DNA of 64,000 nt from Elusimicrobiales bacterium (GTDB lineage: Bacteria > Elusimicrobiota > Elusimicrobia > Elusimicrobiales > UBA9959). The stretch is taken from assembly GCA_050174915.1 (NCBI GenBank), contig JBFXJL010000002.1:325553-389552 (forward strand), written 5' to 3'. Positions 17,365 to 25,999 of the stretch are shown one piece after another (the first letter of the stretch is position 1; every line of letters begins with the position of its first letter). Both the position numbers and the translations under genes were made by a program. The notes below the pieces were generated by a model. The model was not told where the DNA came from. It worked only from the letters and a program-made list of their open reading frames with translations, and searched no databases.

Positions 17365-18105
17365 ATGAAGAGAGAACTGATCCGCATACTGGCCGTCACC
17401 CTGCTGGCCGCGCCGCTGGCCGGCTGCTTCGGCGGCATGAGGCATTTGAAGGTGGTGGATTACACCGACTCGCGCGTGGGCGACCTGTCGCTGACCAAGA
17501 AGGTCACCGGCAAGCGTGAGTTCCTGTTCTTCTCCACCACCAAGATGAGCGTCTTCCTGGACGGCAACATCCAGGGCGTGATCACCGATTACCAGGGCAA
17601 CCCCATAGAGGGCGTCACCGTGAAGGTCATGCCCGATACCGCCCGGCAGGGCGCCGGCGGCGGGGACGGCGGAGACGTGTTTGCGTTGGATGAGAACGCC
17701 GGCGCGGCCATCAACCTCTCCTTCGCGCCCGGCATCACGGACACCATGGGCCTGTACAAGATACATTTCTCGCTGCCGGTCACCGACGAGGAGGTGGACG
17801 TGCGCGGCAAACTGGTCTACAACCCGGGCTGGGACCAGCAGCGCCTGAACCTGGGCAAGGCCTACGAGCCCCAGATGAAGGAATCCCCTTTTCGCCTCTA
17901 TTTCAATATCGACACCGGTTTCCTGGCCTTCGCCGAGGGCGTGCGCAAGGTCATAGTGCAGCCCGTGGGCGAGGGCAAGGGGCGCATGGAAAACCTGCCG
18001 GGCGCACAGGCCCCGCAGCCCGTTGCCAGGCCCGACGCAACAGCTCCCGCCGGGGGCGCGCAGGCCGAGGAAGATCTTTTCAAGGGCTTCGACTTCGGTC
18101 AATAA
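17365..18105 (+). CDS. Lipoprotein with a carboxypeptidase-regulatory-like (CarboxypepD_reg) beta-sandwich segment
   Basis: The start was re-set inside track ORF 17029..18105 to the ATG at 17365, which follows the SD 'aggaagga'. The lipobox is 'LLAAPLAGC'. 'GVITDYQGNPIEGVTVKV' is CarboxypepD_reg-like. Confidence 0.7.
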   Translation: MKRELIRILAVTLLAAPLAGCFGGMRHLKVVDYTDSRVGDLSLTKKVTGKREFLFFSTTKMSVFLDGNIQGVITDYQGNPIEGVTVKVMPDTARQGAGGGDGGDVFALDENAGAAINLSFAPGITDTMGLYKIHFSLPVTDEEVDVRGKLVYNPGWDQQRLNLGKAYEPQMKESPFRLYFNIDTGFLAFAEGVRKVIVQPVGEGKGRMENLPGAQAPQPVARPDATAPAGGAQAEEDLFKGFDFGQ

Positions 18106-18122
18106 AAGCCTCTGCCGCCGCG

Positions 18123-18151
18123 AAAAAGAGGGCCCCGCGCCCTCTTTTTTC
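18123..18151 (+). terminator. Rho-independent terminator ending the motor block
   Basis: The stem agagggc / gccctct (18127-18145) is followed by a T run ending at 18150. Confidence 0.75.
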
Positions 18152-18188
18152 ATTTATAGCGGGGACGGCAAAATAATAGAATACTAGC

Positions 18189-19268
18189 ATGAAGAAGAAG
18201 GTCGTAGTCGCGATGTCCGGCGGGGTGGATTCATCCGCCGCCGCGGCCCTGTTGCTGAGGCAGGGCTACGAGGTCATCGGCGTCACGCTTCGCCTGTTCG
18301 CCGAGCGCCGCGGCGCGGTGAAATGCTGCGGCGGCGCCGAGAGCGCCGACAAGGCCCGCGCCTCGGCCCAGGCGCTGGGCATCAGGCATTATTTCAAGAG
18401 CGCGCAAGAATTGTTCGGGAAACACGTGATAGGGGATTTTGTGGAGGGCTACCTGGCCGGGCGTACGCCCAACCCCTGCGTGGAGTGCAACCGGCACCTT
18501 AAATTTTCCTACCTGTTCGACCTGGCCGTTTCGCTGGGCGCGGATTACCTGGCTACCGGCCATTACGCCGTGATAAAAGAGGAGGCGGGGGAGTACGGCC
18601 TCTACCGCGGGGCGGACCCGCTGAAGGACCAGAGCTATTTCCTCTACTGCCTGAAGCGCGAACAATTGGACCGACTGCTGTTTCCGCTCGGCGCCATGAC
18701 CAAGAAAGAAGTGCGCGCAGTCGCGTCCACGCTGCACCTGCCGTCGGCCGCCGCCCCTGAATCGCACGATATCTGCTTCGTCACCGAGGGGGACTACGCC
18801 CATTACCTTCGCCGCTCCGGCGTAAAGCCCCGCCACGGCTATATCGTGGACGCCGCAGGCAAGCGGCTGGGCCGGCATAACGGCTTCTTCAATTTCACGG
18901 TAGGCCAGCGGCGCGGCACCGGCGTCTACGGCGGCGGCCGCCTCTATGTCACCGAATTGCGGCCGGAGACCAACGAGGTGGTGCTGGGCCCGCTGGGCGC
19001 GGCGCAGAGCCTGAGTTTTGAATTATCCGGTCTGAACTGGCTGGCGGCGCCGGCTGCCGGCGAGCTGCGCTGCGCGGCGCAGATCCGCTACCGCCACAAG
19101 CCCGAGCCCTGCCTGTTGCGCCCGGGACGGGGCGGCCGGGCGGAGGTGACGCTGGACAGGCCGCAGTTCGCGGTGGCGCCGGGGCAGGCCGCGGTCTTCT
19201 ACGACGGAGACCGGGTACTGGGCGGGGGGATCATCGGTAAAACCAGATCGGCCGCGGAGGGCCTGTAA
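18189..19268 (+). CDS. mnmA: tRNA 2-thiouridine(34) synthase MnmA
   Basis: A PP-loop 'VVVAMSGGVDSS', 'RTPNPCVECNRHLKF' and 'ATGHYA' are present. Confidence 0.9.
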   Translation: MKKKVVVAMSGGVDSSAAAALLLRQGYEVIGVTLRLFAERRGAVKCCGGAESADKARASAQALGIRHYFKSAQELFGKHVIGDFVEGYLAGRTPNPCVECNRHLKFSYLFDLAVSLGADYLATGHYAVIKEEAGEYGLYRGADPLKDQSYFLYCLKREQLDRLLFPLGAMTKKEVRAVASTLHLPSAAAPESHDICFVTEGDYAHYLRRSGVKPRHGYIVDAAGKRLGRHNGFFNFTVGQRRGTGVYGGGRLYVTELRPETNEVVLGPLGAAQSLSFELSGLNWLAAPAAGELRCAAQIRYRHKPEPCLLRPGRGGRAEVTLDRPQFAVAPGQAAVFYDGDRVLGGGIIGKTRSAAEGL

Positions 19269-19271
19269 ATT

Positions 19272-20351
19272 ATGAAAAAAAAGATAGCTGTCATTTTCGG
19301 CGGGAAGTCGCCGGAGCACGAGGTGTCCATAGAGTCGGCCAAGACCGTCTGCGCGAAGCTGCGGCAGGCCGGCTTCGCGGTACTGCCGTTCTACGCGCCC
19401 CGCGAGGGCGCCTGGCGCCTGGTGGGCCTGTCCGACCTGCTGGCCGGCCGGCCCCTGAAGGGCCCCGCCCTGGAGCCGCTGCTGGGCGCCGCCTGCTTCC
19501 TGAAAGCCGGCGGCGGCCGGGTGAGGCCCGACGCCGCTTTTCCCATCATCCACGGTTCCACCGGGGAGGACGGGGTGCTGCAGGGCTTCCTGGAGCTGCT
19601 GGGCCTGCCCTATACCGGCTGCGGCGTGACCGCCTCGGCGGTGGGCATGGACAAGATAATCTCGAAAGAGCTGGCCGCCCTGGACGGCGTGCCGGTGCTG
19701 CCGCACGTGGTAATAAGGGCGCATCAGAAAGCGGCCATGGGCCCGCTGCTCAAGCGCGCGGCCCGGCTCGGCTTCCCGCTGTTCGTCAAGCCGGTGGCGC
19801 AGGGGTCCTCGGTGGGCGTGGCCAAGGTGAAGACCGCCGCCGCGCTGAAGCCCGCCGTGCTGAACGCTTTCCGCTTCGACAACGCGGTGATGATAGAGAA
19901 GGGCGTGGACCGGGCCAGGGAGATCGTGGTGGGAGTGCTGGGCTCGCACGAGGGGGCTGCGGCCAGCGTCTGCGGCGAGGTGGTGCCGCAGGGCAAGCAC
20001 GAGTTCTACGATTACGAGGCCAAGTATCTCGACGATAACGGCATGCAGCTGCGCCTGCCGGCGCCGCTGCCGGCCGCGGTCTCCAATAAACTGCGCGACC
20101 TGGCCGTAAAGATCTTCATGGCCCTGGGCGGTTCGGGCCAGGCCCGTATAGATTTCTTCGTGGATCCGAAGAACGACAGGAAAGTCTATTTCTGCGAGAT
20201 CAACACGCTGCCGGGTTTTACGTCCCACAGCCTGTACCCGCGCCTATGGGAGCGGACCGGCCTCAAGCCGGAGCAGGTGCTGGAGCAGCTGGTAGATACG
20301 GCGCTGCGTTCCGCCGAGGCCCGCCGCCGGCTGACCACTGCCCGCAAGTAA
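19272..20351 (+). CDS. ddl: D-alanine--D-alanine ligase
   Basis: 'KIAVIFGGKSPEHEVSIESAKTV', 'HGSTGEDGVLQGFLELLGLPYTG' and 'EINTLPGFTSHSLYPRLW' are present. Confidence 0.9.
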   Translation: MKKKIAVIFGGKSPEHEVSIESAKTVCAKLRQAGFAVLPFYAPREGAWRLVGLSDLLAGRPLKGPALEPLLGAACFLKAGGGRVRPDAAFPIIHGSTGEDGVLQGFLELLGLPYTGCGVTASAVGMDKIISKELAALDGVPVLPHVVIRAHQKAAMGPLLKRAARLGFPLFVKPVAQGSSVGVAKVKTAAALKPAVLNAFRFDNAVMIEKGVDRAREIVVGVLGSHEGAAASVCGEVVPQGKHEFYDYEAKYLDDNGMQLRLPAPLPAAVSNKLRDLAVKIFMALGGSGQARIDFFVDPKNDRKVYFCEINTLPGFTSHSLYPRLWERTGLKPEQVLEQLVDTALRSAEARRRLTTARK

Positions 20352-20367
20352 ACTTAAAAAATAAAAA

Positions 20368-20401
20368 GGCCGGGAGCTTAAAGGGCTCCCGGCCTTTTTT
20401 T
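20368..20401. terminator. Bidirectional rho-independent terminator between convergent ddl and the GYF-domain gene
   Basis: A perfect 10-bp stem ggccgggagc / gctcccggcc is flanked by an A run on the 5' side and a T run on the 3' side. Confidence 0.8.
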
Positions 20402-20412
20402 GCCGCGGCCGC

Positions 20413-22266
20413 TTATTCAATCTCGTCCTCGTAGACGTACTCGTATTCTTCCTCAGTTCCCTCCGCCGCAGGGGCTGGCTTAGGGGCCGGCTTGGGCGCG
20501 GTTTTCTGGACCGCCGGCCGCTTCGCGGGCGCTTTTTTCGCCGCGCTCTTGCGCGCCGGCGGGGCTGCGGCTAAGGCCGCCATGGCCGCGTCGTTAATGG
20601 GGGACACGGTTTTCTGGGCTCTGTCCACCAGGAAGGTGTAAGTCAGCTTTCCGGTCCTGGACGGGATGACCGCGTCGATTTCAAACTTGCCTTCAGGGGC
20701 GGCCCTTACCTCCCAGGCGGTATTATTTGGATTGCCGCCCGCCTTGGTGGCGTGGTCGTACACCCTGTTCTCAAGGCTGGCGCCGGAGGCGGTCTTGAAG
20801 GTTCGGGCTATGTATGTGACTTCGGGAGCGGCATCCTGGACTGCCTGCTCGGGAGATTTTGTCTCGGCGGCGGGCACCGGCTGCGCTGCGGGCGCGGCCT
20901 GCGCGCTTTCTCCGGCGGGCTGGCCGGCCTGCTCCGGCGCGGCTCCCTGCCCTCCGGGGAGCGCCCCGGCCTCAGCCTGCGCGGGCTGTTGCGGGGCGGA
21001 AACGAAGGGAAGCGGGAACGGTATGAACATTGTGGCGTCGAAGATGCCGAAAGTTTTCAGGCCTATCACCGTGCCCAGCAGCACGGCGGCCAAAAGCGCC
21101 AGCGTGAGGATAAGCTTAAAGACCTTCTTAAGCGCCATGCCGATATTGGACTTCTTGGTGCCGATATCCTTGGGTTCCTCTTTGACGGGTTCCTTGGCCG
21201 GTTCCGCCTTGGCTTTTTCCGGTTCTCTGGCGGCCCGCTGGGGCTCCACGCCGAAGACGGTGTCGGAATTGCGCTCTATCTTTAACTCATGAGCGGGGGC
21301 GGGCGCGGCGGCGGGGGCCGGGTTGCGCAGGGCCGCCTTCACGTCGCCGATGGCGCTCTCCAGGTAGGCCAGCTTGTCGGTCACTTCGCGCTGGAACTGG
21401 GAGTTCTTGATGGACGAAACCACCTCTCCCATCTGGTCCAGTTTGATCCGGATGGGGTCCACCGCGTTGTCCACGTCCTTGCGGCTGACGGAATTGGCCG
21501 AGATCTCGTCTAGACGGCGCAGCAGTTTCTCAAGGCCGGCCGTGTCCACTACGGGCGCGGCGGCCGCGGGCGCGGCGGCGCGGGGGAAATTCTCGGGTTC
21601 GAACTGCGCGGGCGCGGCGGCGGCCGGCGGCGTGTAGGCCGCCGGTTCGGGGGCCGGCGCGGGCTCGGCAGCGGGGGCCGGGTCCGGCTCGAAAGCCTGC
21701 GCCGGGGAGGGCTGGAACTGGTCATTGCGCGGTTCCAGGGCCAGGCCCTGCGCCGGGGTTTCCGGTTCAATGTTCTCCGTGCGGCGCACTATCTGCGAGA
21801 GGCTGATGGGGTCGAAGCCTGAGGAGGCCTGCGCCACCGGTTCGGGGGCAGGGGCTGCCGCGGCGGCGCCGCCGCCCAGGCGGTTTACCGCTATGTCGGC
21901 CATGCCGTCTGTATGGGTGGGCGGGGGCACAGGGTCTATGGACTGCGCGGCCCGCAGGGGCTTGAAGCTGAGGCTGGTTGTTTCTATGGCGGGTTGGGGA
22001 AAGGACTGTCGGGCCGGCTCAGGGGCGGAGACGGGTTCGGGCTGGAAAGCGGGTTGCGGCGCCGGTTCCGGGGCGGGGGCGGCCTGCGCGGCCCCGCCGG
22101 CCGAAAGTTCGGGGTAGGTGGAGGCTTCCTTCCAGTCTTCCGTCTTCTCTCCTACAGGGGTCTGGGGGCAGACCAGCATGGAGGGTGAAAAAGAGGGCAG
22201 CTCGCGGAGCTTGTCTTTTTCGAAGGGGCCGAGGATCTCGTTGTTAACGTACGCCCAATATTTCAT
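20413..22266 (-). CDS. GYF_2 (DUF4339)-like N-terminal domain protein with long Pro/Ala-rich regions and one TM helix
   Basis: 'MKYWAYVNNEILGPFEKDKLRELPSF' is GYF_2-like. The TM helix is 'LILTLALLAAVLLGTVIGL'. The SD 'aggaagg' precedes the start. Confidence 0.6.
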   Translation of the reverse strand: MKYWAYVNNEILGPFEKDKLRELPSFSPSMLVCPQTPVGEKTEDWKEASTYPELSAGGAAQAAPAPEPAPQPAFQPEPVSAPEPARQSFPQPAIETTSLSFKPLRAAQSIDPVPPPTHTDGMADIAVNRLGGGAAAAAPAPEPVAQASSGFDPISLSQIVRRTENIEPETPAQGLALEPRNDQFQPSPAQAFEPDPAPAAEPAPAPEPAAYTPPAAAAPAQFEPENFPRAAAPAAAAPVVDTAGLEKLLRRLDEISANSVSRKDVDNAVDPIRIKLDQMGEVVSSIKNSQFQREVTDKLAYLESAIGDVKAALRNPAPAAAPAPAHELKIERNSDTVFGVEPQRAAREPEKAKAEPAKEPVKEEPKDIGTKKSNIGMALKKVFKLILTLALLAAVLLGTVIGLKTFGIFDATMFIPFPLPFVSAPQQPAQAEAGALPGGQGAAPEQAGQPAGESAQAAPAAQPVPAAETKSPEQAVQDAAPEVTYIARTFKTASGASLENRVYDHATKAGGNPNNTAWEVRAAPEGKFEIDAVIPSRTGKLTYTFLVDRAQKTVSPINDAAMAALAAAPPARKSAAKKAPAKRPAVQKTAPKPAPKPAPAAEGTEEEYEYVYEDEIE

Positions 22267-22438
22267 ATCGCCTTCCTGTCCCGGTTTGATCGTTCCGCGT
22301 TACTGCGCCCCAGGGCCGCGGGCATATATATGGTGTTTAGGAAATAGAAATTAAAACGCATATGTACGTATAAATTCTACCTTTGGGCTGTTACAGAAAT
22401 AATAACTAATAATTAAATCCTTTTTGTATACTTTAGCA

Positions 22439-23263
22439 ATGGACGCAAGGGCGATACGCGCGCTGATATACATGTTTAGCGGGTTGATAGTCATTTTCTT
22501 CCTGCTAATGCTGGCCAATTTTATAGGCAGTTTCTCCGGCGCCAGGCTGGACGCGGACGGCCAGGAGATCTCGGACGAGAAACCGGAAAGCGCCGAGACC
22601 GTTGCGCAGCAGGCCATGTCCGCCGCGCGGGCCGGCGTCGTCCCCAGCGCTTCCATGATCCCGGCCGCCAGGCAGGGCCTCTCCACAGCGGCCGTCACCT
22701 CCAACGGCGCCATCCAGCTGGTAAAAGAAAAAGATTTTGACGGCGTAGCCGAAAAGCCCAAGGACATGATGTCCATGCTCAGCGACATGGCCGGCGGCGA
22801 CAGGCGCAAGCCGGCCCCGGTACGCCTCAGCGACGCCGACCTGGACCGCAAGCTGCGCGACCTTGGCGGTAAAAGACCCGGCGAGCAGGGCGTAAAGACC
22901 TCCAGCATGCCCGAGCTGGGCCGCGGCAGCGGACAGGAGGGGGTTACCATGCTGGCCGCCCCGGTGGATTATAAGGTGTTCAAGAGCTCGGAAACCTGGT
23001 GGGCTTTCGCCAATTCCCGCAAGCTCAAGCCGGAGCCGCACGATTTCGGCGCCTTCGACCTGGTGATACTCGTCTCGCTCTCGGATTTTCCCAGCGGCAT
23101 CTTCAGCGTGGCCGGCGTGGAGCCGGGGCGGAAAGAGACCCTGGTGAAGTACCGCGTGAACCCGCTGGCTATGGCCGCCGGTACCGATCCTGGCAGCCGG
23201 GATGCCTACGCCAGCGCGCCGGTGCCCAAAGGGCGCCCCGTGCGCCTGCAGCAAATCCCCTGA
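22439..23263 (+). CDS. Hypothetical membrane-anchored protein
   Basis: The track ORF starts at the TTG at 22424. I prefer the ATG at 22439 ('MDARAIRALIYMFSGLIVIFFLLMLANF', an N-terminal TM helix) because TATACT at 22427-22432 looks like a -10 element. Confidence 0.55.
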   Translation: MDARAIRALIYMFSGLIVIFFLLMLANFIGSFSGARLDADGQEISDEKPESAETVAQQAMSAARAGVVPSASMIPAARQGLSTAAVTSNGAIQLVKEKDFDGVAEKPKDMMSMLSDMAGGDRRKPAPVRLSDADLDRKLRDLGGKRPGEQGVKTSSMPELGRGSGQEGVTMLAAPVDYKVFKSSETWWAFANSRKLKPEPHDFGAFDLVILVSLSDFPSGIFSVAGVEPGRKETLVKYRVNPLAMAAGTDPGSRDAYASAPVPKGRPVRLQQIP

Positions 23264-23293
23264 TATTTTAGAACCAGCCGCGGACGCGGCCGG

Positions 23294-23905
23294 CTAGATC
23301 TTCTTCCTGAAGAAGCCTTTTTTTCCCCCGTCTTCCTCGAACCCCAGCTTTAGCAGATATTGCGCGTGCTTGGGCGAGCCGCTGGCCGCCGTGAAGTGCG
23401 TGAAGCCGGCGAAGATCTCCGGGTTGCGCTGCCTGTTGAAGAGGAAGCGCGCGCTCTTGAGGTCGCGGTAGTCCTCGGCCACGTAGTCCAGGTGCACGCG
23501 CAGCTCGCTCCCCTCCTCGGTGTAGATGAAGAGCCCTACCGGCAGCAAATTGCGCAGGATGAAGACGCAGCGGGGCGCCCCCAGCGCAGCGAGGTCGAAT
23601 TCGGGGAAGAATTGCCAGATGCCCCGCGCGTGGTAGGCCAGGAAGTTGGCCAGCAACGGATCGGCGCCGTCTACGGGCATCAGCTTGAAAATATCGCGCT
23701 TGGATTTCAGCGCGATTATGTGCCACAGGTCTATACAGGCCACGAACAGGTTCACCGCCAGCACCGGCCAGGCCTGCGCCAGCGCCGCGTAAACCACGAA
23801 TACTACCGCCCCGGCGAGGTTGAGCACCCGCAGGCGCAGCACATTGCTGGTAAGCAGCGACACCGCCACCAGTACCGAGGCCGCGTAGCCGATAAGTTCT
23901 ATCAT
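23294..23905 (-). CDS. Hypothetical inner-membrane protein (YgjV-like N-terminal TM helices)
   Basis: Three N-terminal TM helices ('IGYAASVLVAVSLLTSN...') are present. The ORF abuts the pdxA stop. Confidence 0.5.
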   Translation of the reverse strand: MIELIGYAASVLVAVSLLTSNVLRLRVLNLAGAVVFVVYAALAQAWPVLAVNLFVACIDLWHIIALKSKRDIFKLMPVDGADPLLANFLAYHARGIWQFFPEFDLAALGAPRCVFILRNLLPVGLFIYTEEGSELRVHLDYVAEDYRDLKSARFLFNRQRNPEIFAGFTHFTAASGSPKHAQYLLKLGFEEDGGKKGFFRKKI

Positions 23906-24861
23906 TACTTTTTCCTCTTGGCCGCCAGCCTGGCGGCGAACAGCAAGGCGGCCCGCATGCCGGCCGGGTCGGCGTTGTTCTTCCAGGCTATGTCGAAAGC
24001 CGTGCCGTGGGCCGGCGAGGTGCGGGGGAAACTGAGGCCCCAGGTCCAGTGCACGGCCGGGGCGGCGCCGGGAGCCACCTTGAGCGGAGCCAGGGCCTGG
24101 TCGTGGTAGAGGCAGAGCAGGCCGTCGCTGGCGCCGGCCAGGTGGGCGGCCCAGGCGGCGTCGGAAGGCAGCGGCCCGGAGGCGCGCAGGCCGCGGGCCC
24201 GCAGTTCTTTCAGGGCCGGCCGTATGGCGTCTATTTCCTCGCGGCCTATCACGCCGCCGTCGCCGGCATGCGGGTTGAGCGCGCAGACCGCTATGGAGGG
24301 GCGGCGCAGGCCCAGCGCCTCCAGCGCGGAGGCGAAGAGCAGCGCCTTTTCCTTTATCAATCTTTTGGTGAGCGCCCGGGACAGGTTCTTCACCGGCAAA
24401 TGCTCGGTGACTAGCGCGGCGTTGATCCGCCCGCGGGAGAAGAGCATCAGCGGCTCGCGGCGTTCCAGCAGGCGGAACAGGTCCGTATGGGCCGGAGCTG
24501 GGGCCCCGGCCAGGGCCCAGGCTTCCTTGGATACCGGCGCGGTGACCAGCGCCCTGAACAGGCCGCTCTTGAGCAGGCAGTAGGCCCCGGTGACGGCCCG
24601 TAGGGAGGCGGCGCCGCCGGCCTCTGTGGGCCCGGGCCGCCTGAAGTCCAATTTGCCCGCGTCCTCTGGCAGCAGCGGGCAGAGCCCGGTGGTCCAGCCG
24701 GCCCGCTTCAGCGCGGCCGTGTCTCCTATTATGGTCGGGCGGCAGGCGCGGCGCACGGCCGGGTCCAGCAGGGCCTTGACCGTTATCTCCGGCCCTATGC
24801 CCAGCGGGTCGCCGGCGGTTATGAGTATGTCTGGTTTCACGGTAGGGTAAAAGAAAGCCAC
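23905..24861 (-). CDS. pdxA: 4-hydroxythreonine-4-phosphate dehydrogenase PdxA
   Basis: 'ITAGDPLGIGPEI', 'LNPHAGDGG' and 'RTSPAHGTAFDIAWKNNADP' are present. Confidence 0.85.
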   Translation of the reverse strand: MAFFYPTVKPDILITAGDPLGIGPEITVKALLDPAVRRACRPTIIGDTAALKRAGWTTGLCPLLPEDAGKLDFRRPGPTEAGGAASLRAVTGAYCLLKSGLFRALVTAPVSKEAWALAGAPAPAHTDLFRLLERREPLMLFSRGRINAALVTEHLPVKNLSRALTKRLIKEKALLFASALEALGLRRPSIAVCALNPHAGDGGVIGREEIDAIRPALKELRARGLRASGPLPSDAAWAAHLAGASDGLLCLYHDQALAPLKVAPGAAPAVHWTWGLSFPRTSPAHGTAFDIAWKNNADPAGMRAALLFAARLAAKRKK

Positions 24862-24895
24862 GGGAAAGAGACTCCCGTGGCTCTCGCGGCGGGCT

Positions 24896-25999
24896 TTAGT
24901 TCTTGCCGGTCTCGGTAAATATCTGTATCTTGGCGTCCTTGCGCAGTTCCTTGATGTACTTGCCGAGTTCTTCGGCGAAGGAGTTCTGCGCGAGCACCTG
25001 CTCCAGGTCGTCCCGGACGGTCTCGTAGCGCAGGCGCTGGGCCGCGCGTTTCTCTTCCAGGCGCAGGATATGCCAGCCGAACTTGCTTTCCACCGGCTGG
25101 GAGTTCTCGCCTACCTGCAGTTTGAAAGCCACGGCCTCCACTTCCTCCGGCAGCATGCCCCGGATGATATAGCCGAGGTCTCCGCCGCGGCGGGCGCTCT
25201 CCTGGTCGTCGGAGCTCTTTTCGGCCGCCTCGTCGAAGTCCAGCGCGCCGTCCAGGTCCTTGCGCAGCGCGGCGGCCCGGGTCATGGCCGCTTTCTTCTG
25301 CTCGGGCGTGGCGCCCTCGGCCACCTTCACCAGGATATGGCGCAGACGCAGGCGCTCGGCGGTGATCTCCTTGAACTTGCCGGCCACGGCCAGCAGGTCC
25401 TGCCGGGCCTCCTCGTCGAGGCCCTTGAGCTCCGCCTCCCGGCCCTTGAGGACCAGGCTGATATTGTCGAAATAGGCCTTGGTCTCGGCCTCGCCGGGGA
25501 TCCTGGCCCGGGCTTTCACGGTCTCCTGCACCAGCTTCTGCACCATCAGCTGCTTGCGGATGCGCTCGCGGAATTCCTCCATCGTCACGCCTTCGCGCTT
25601 GAGCTCCTCGCGGAAGGCCGCCTCGGCCTTTTCGGGGGGCAGGGCGCCGCCCTCGGGGGTGCGGGCGAAGCGCTTCTTGATCTCGCCCACGCCGCCCTCG
25701 AGCTCGCGTTCATAAACCTTCAGCTTCAGGGCCTCGGCCTTCTGCCGCAGCAGGGCCTCGTCCACCAGCTTGTCCAGCGCGGCTTTTTCGATCTGCTGCC
25801 CGGCGTCGGGCTGCTTGAAGAAGTCCGGCATGGCCGCCGCGTACTGTTCGGTCATCGCGTCCTTGGCCTTCTTGTATTCGGAGACGGTTATGGGCTCGTT
25901 GTTCACCCGTGCCGCCAGTTCGTCCACCACCGCGGCCCGCGCCGGGGCGGCCAGCGCGCACAGGGCGGCTATCGCCGCAAATTTATTTATAGTCCGCAT
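24896..25999 (-). CDS. surA: Periplasmic peptidyl-prolyl isomerase, SurA-like (parvulin domain)
   Basis: A signal peptide 'AAIAALCALAAPARA' is present. The PpiC motif reads 'GGDLGYIIRGMLPEEVEAVAFKLQVGENSQPVESKFGWHILRLEE'. Confidence 0.7.
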   Translation of the reverse strand: MRTINKFAAIAALCALAAPARAAVVDELAARVNNEPITVSEYKKAKDAMTEQYAAAMPDFFKQPDAGQQIEKAALDKLVDEALLRQKAEALKLKVYERELEGGVGEIKKRFARTPEGGALPPEKAEAAFREELKREGVTMEEFRERIRKQLMVQKLVQETVKARARIPGEAETKAYFDNISLVLKGREAELKGLDEEARQDLLAVAGKFKEITAERLRLRHILVKVAEGATPEQKKAAMTRAAALRKDLDGALDFDEAAEKSSDDQESARRGGDLGYIIRGMLPEEVEAVAFKLQVGENSQPVESKFGWHILRLEEKRAAQRLRYETVRDDLEQVLAQNSFAEELGKYIKELRKDAKIQIFTETGKN

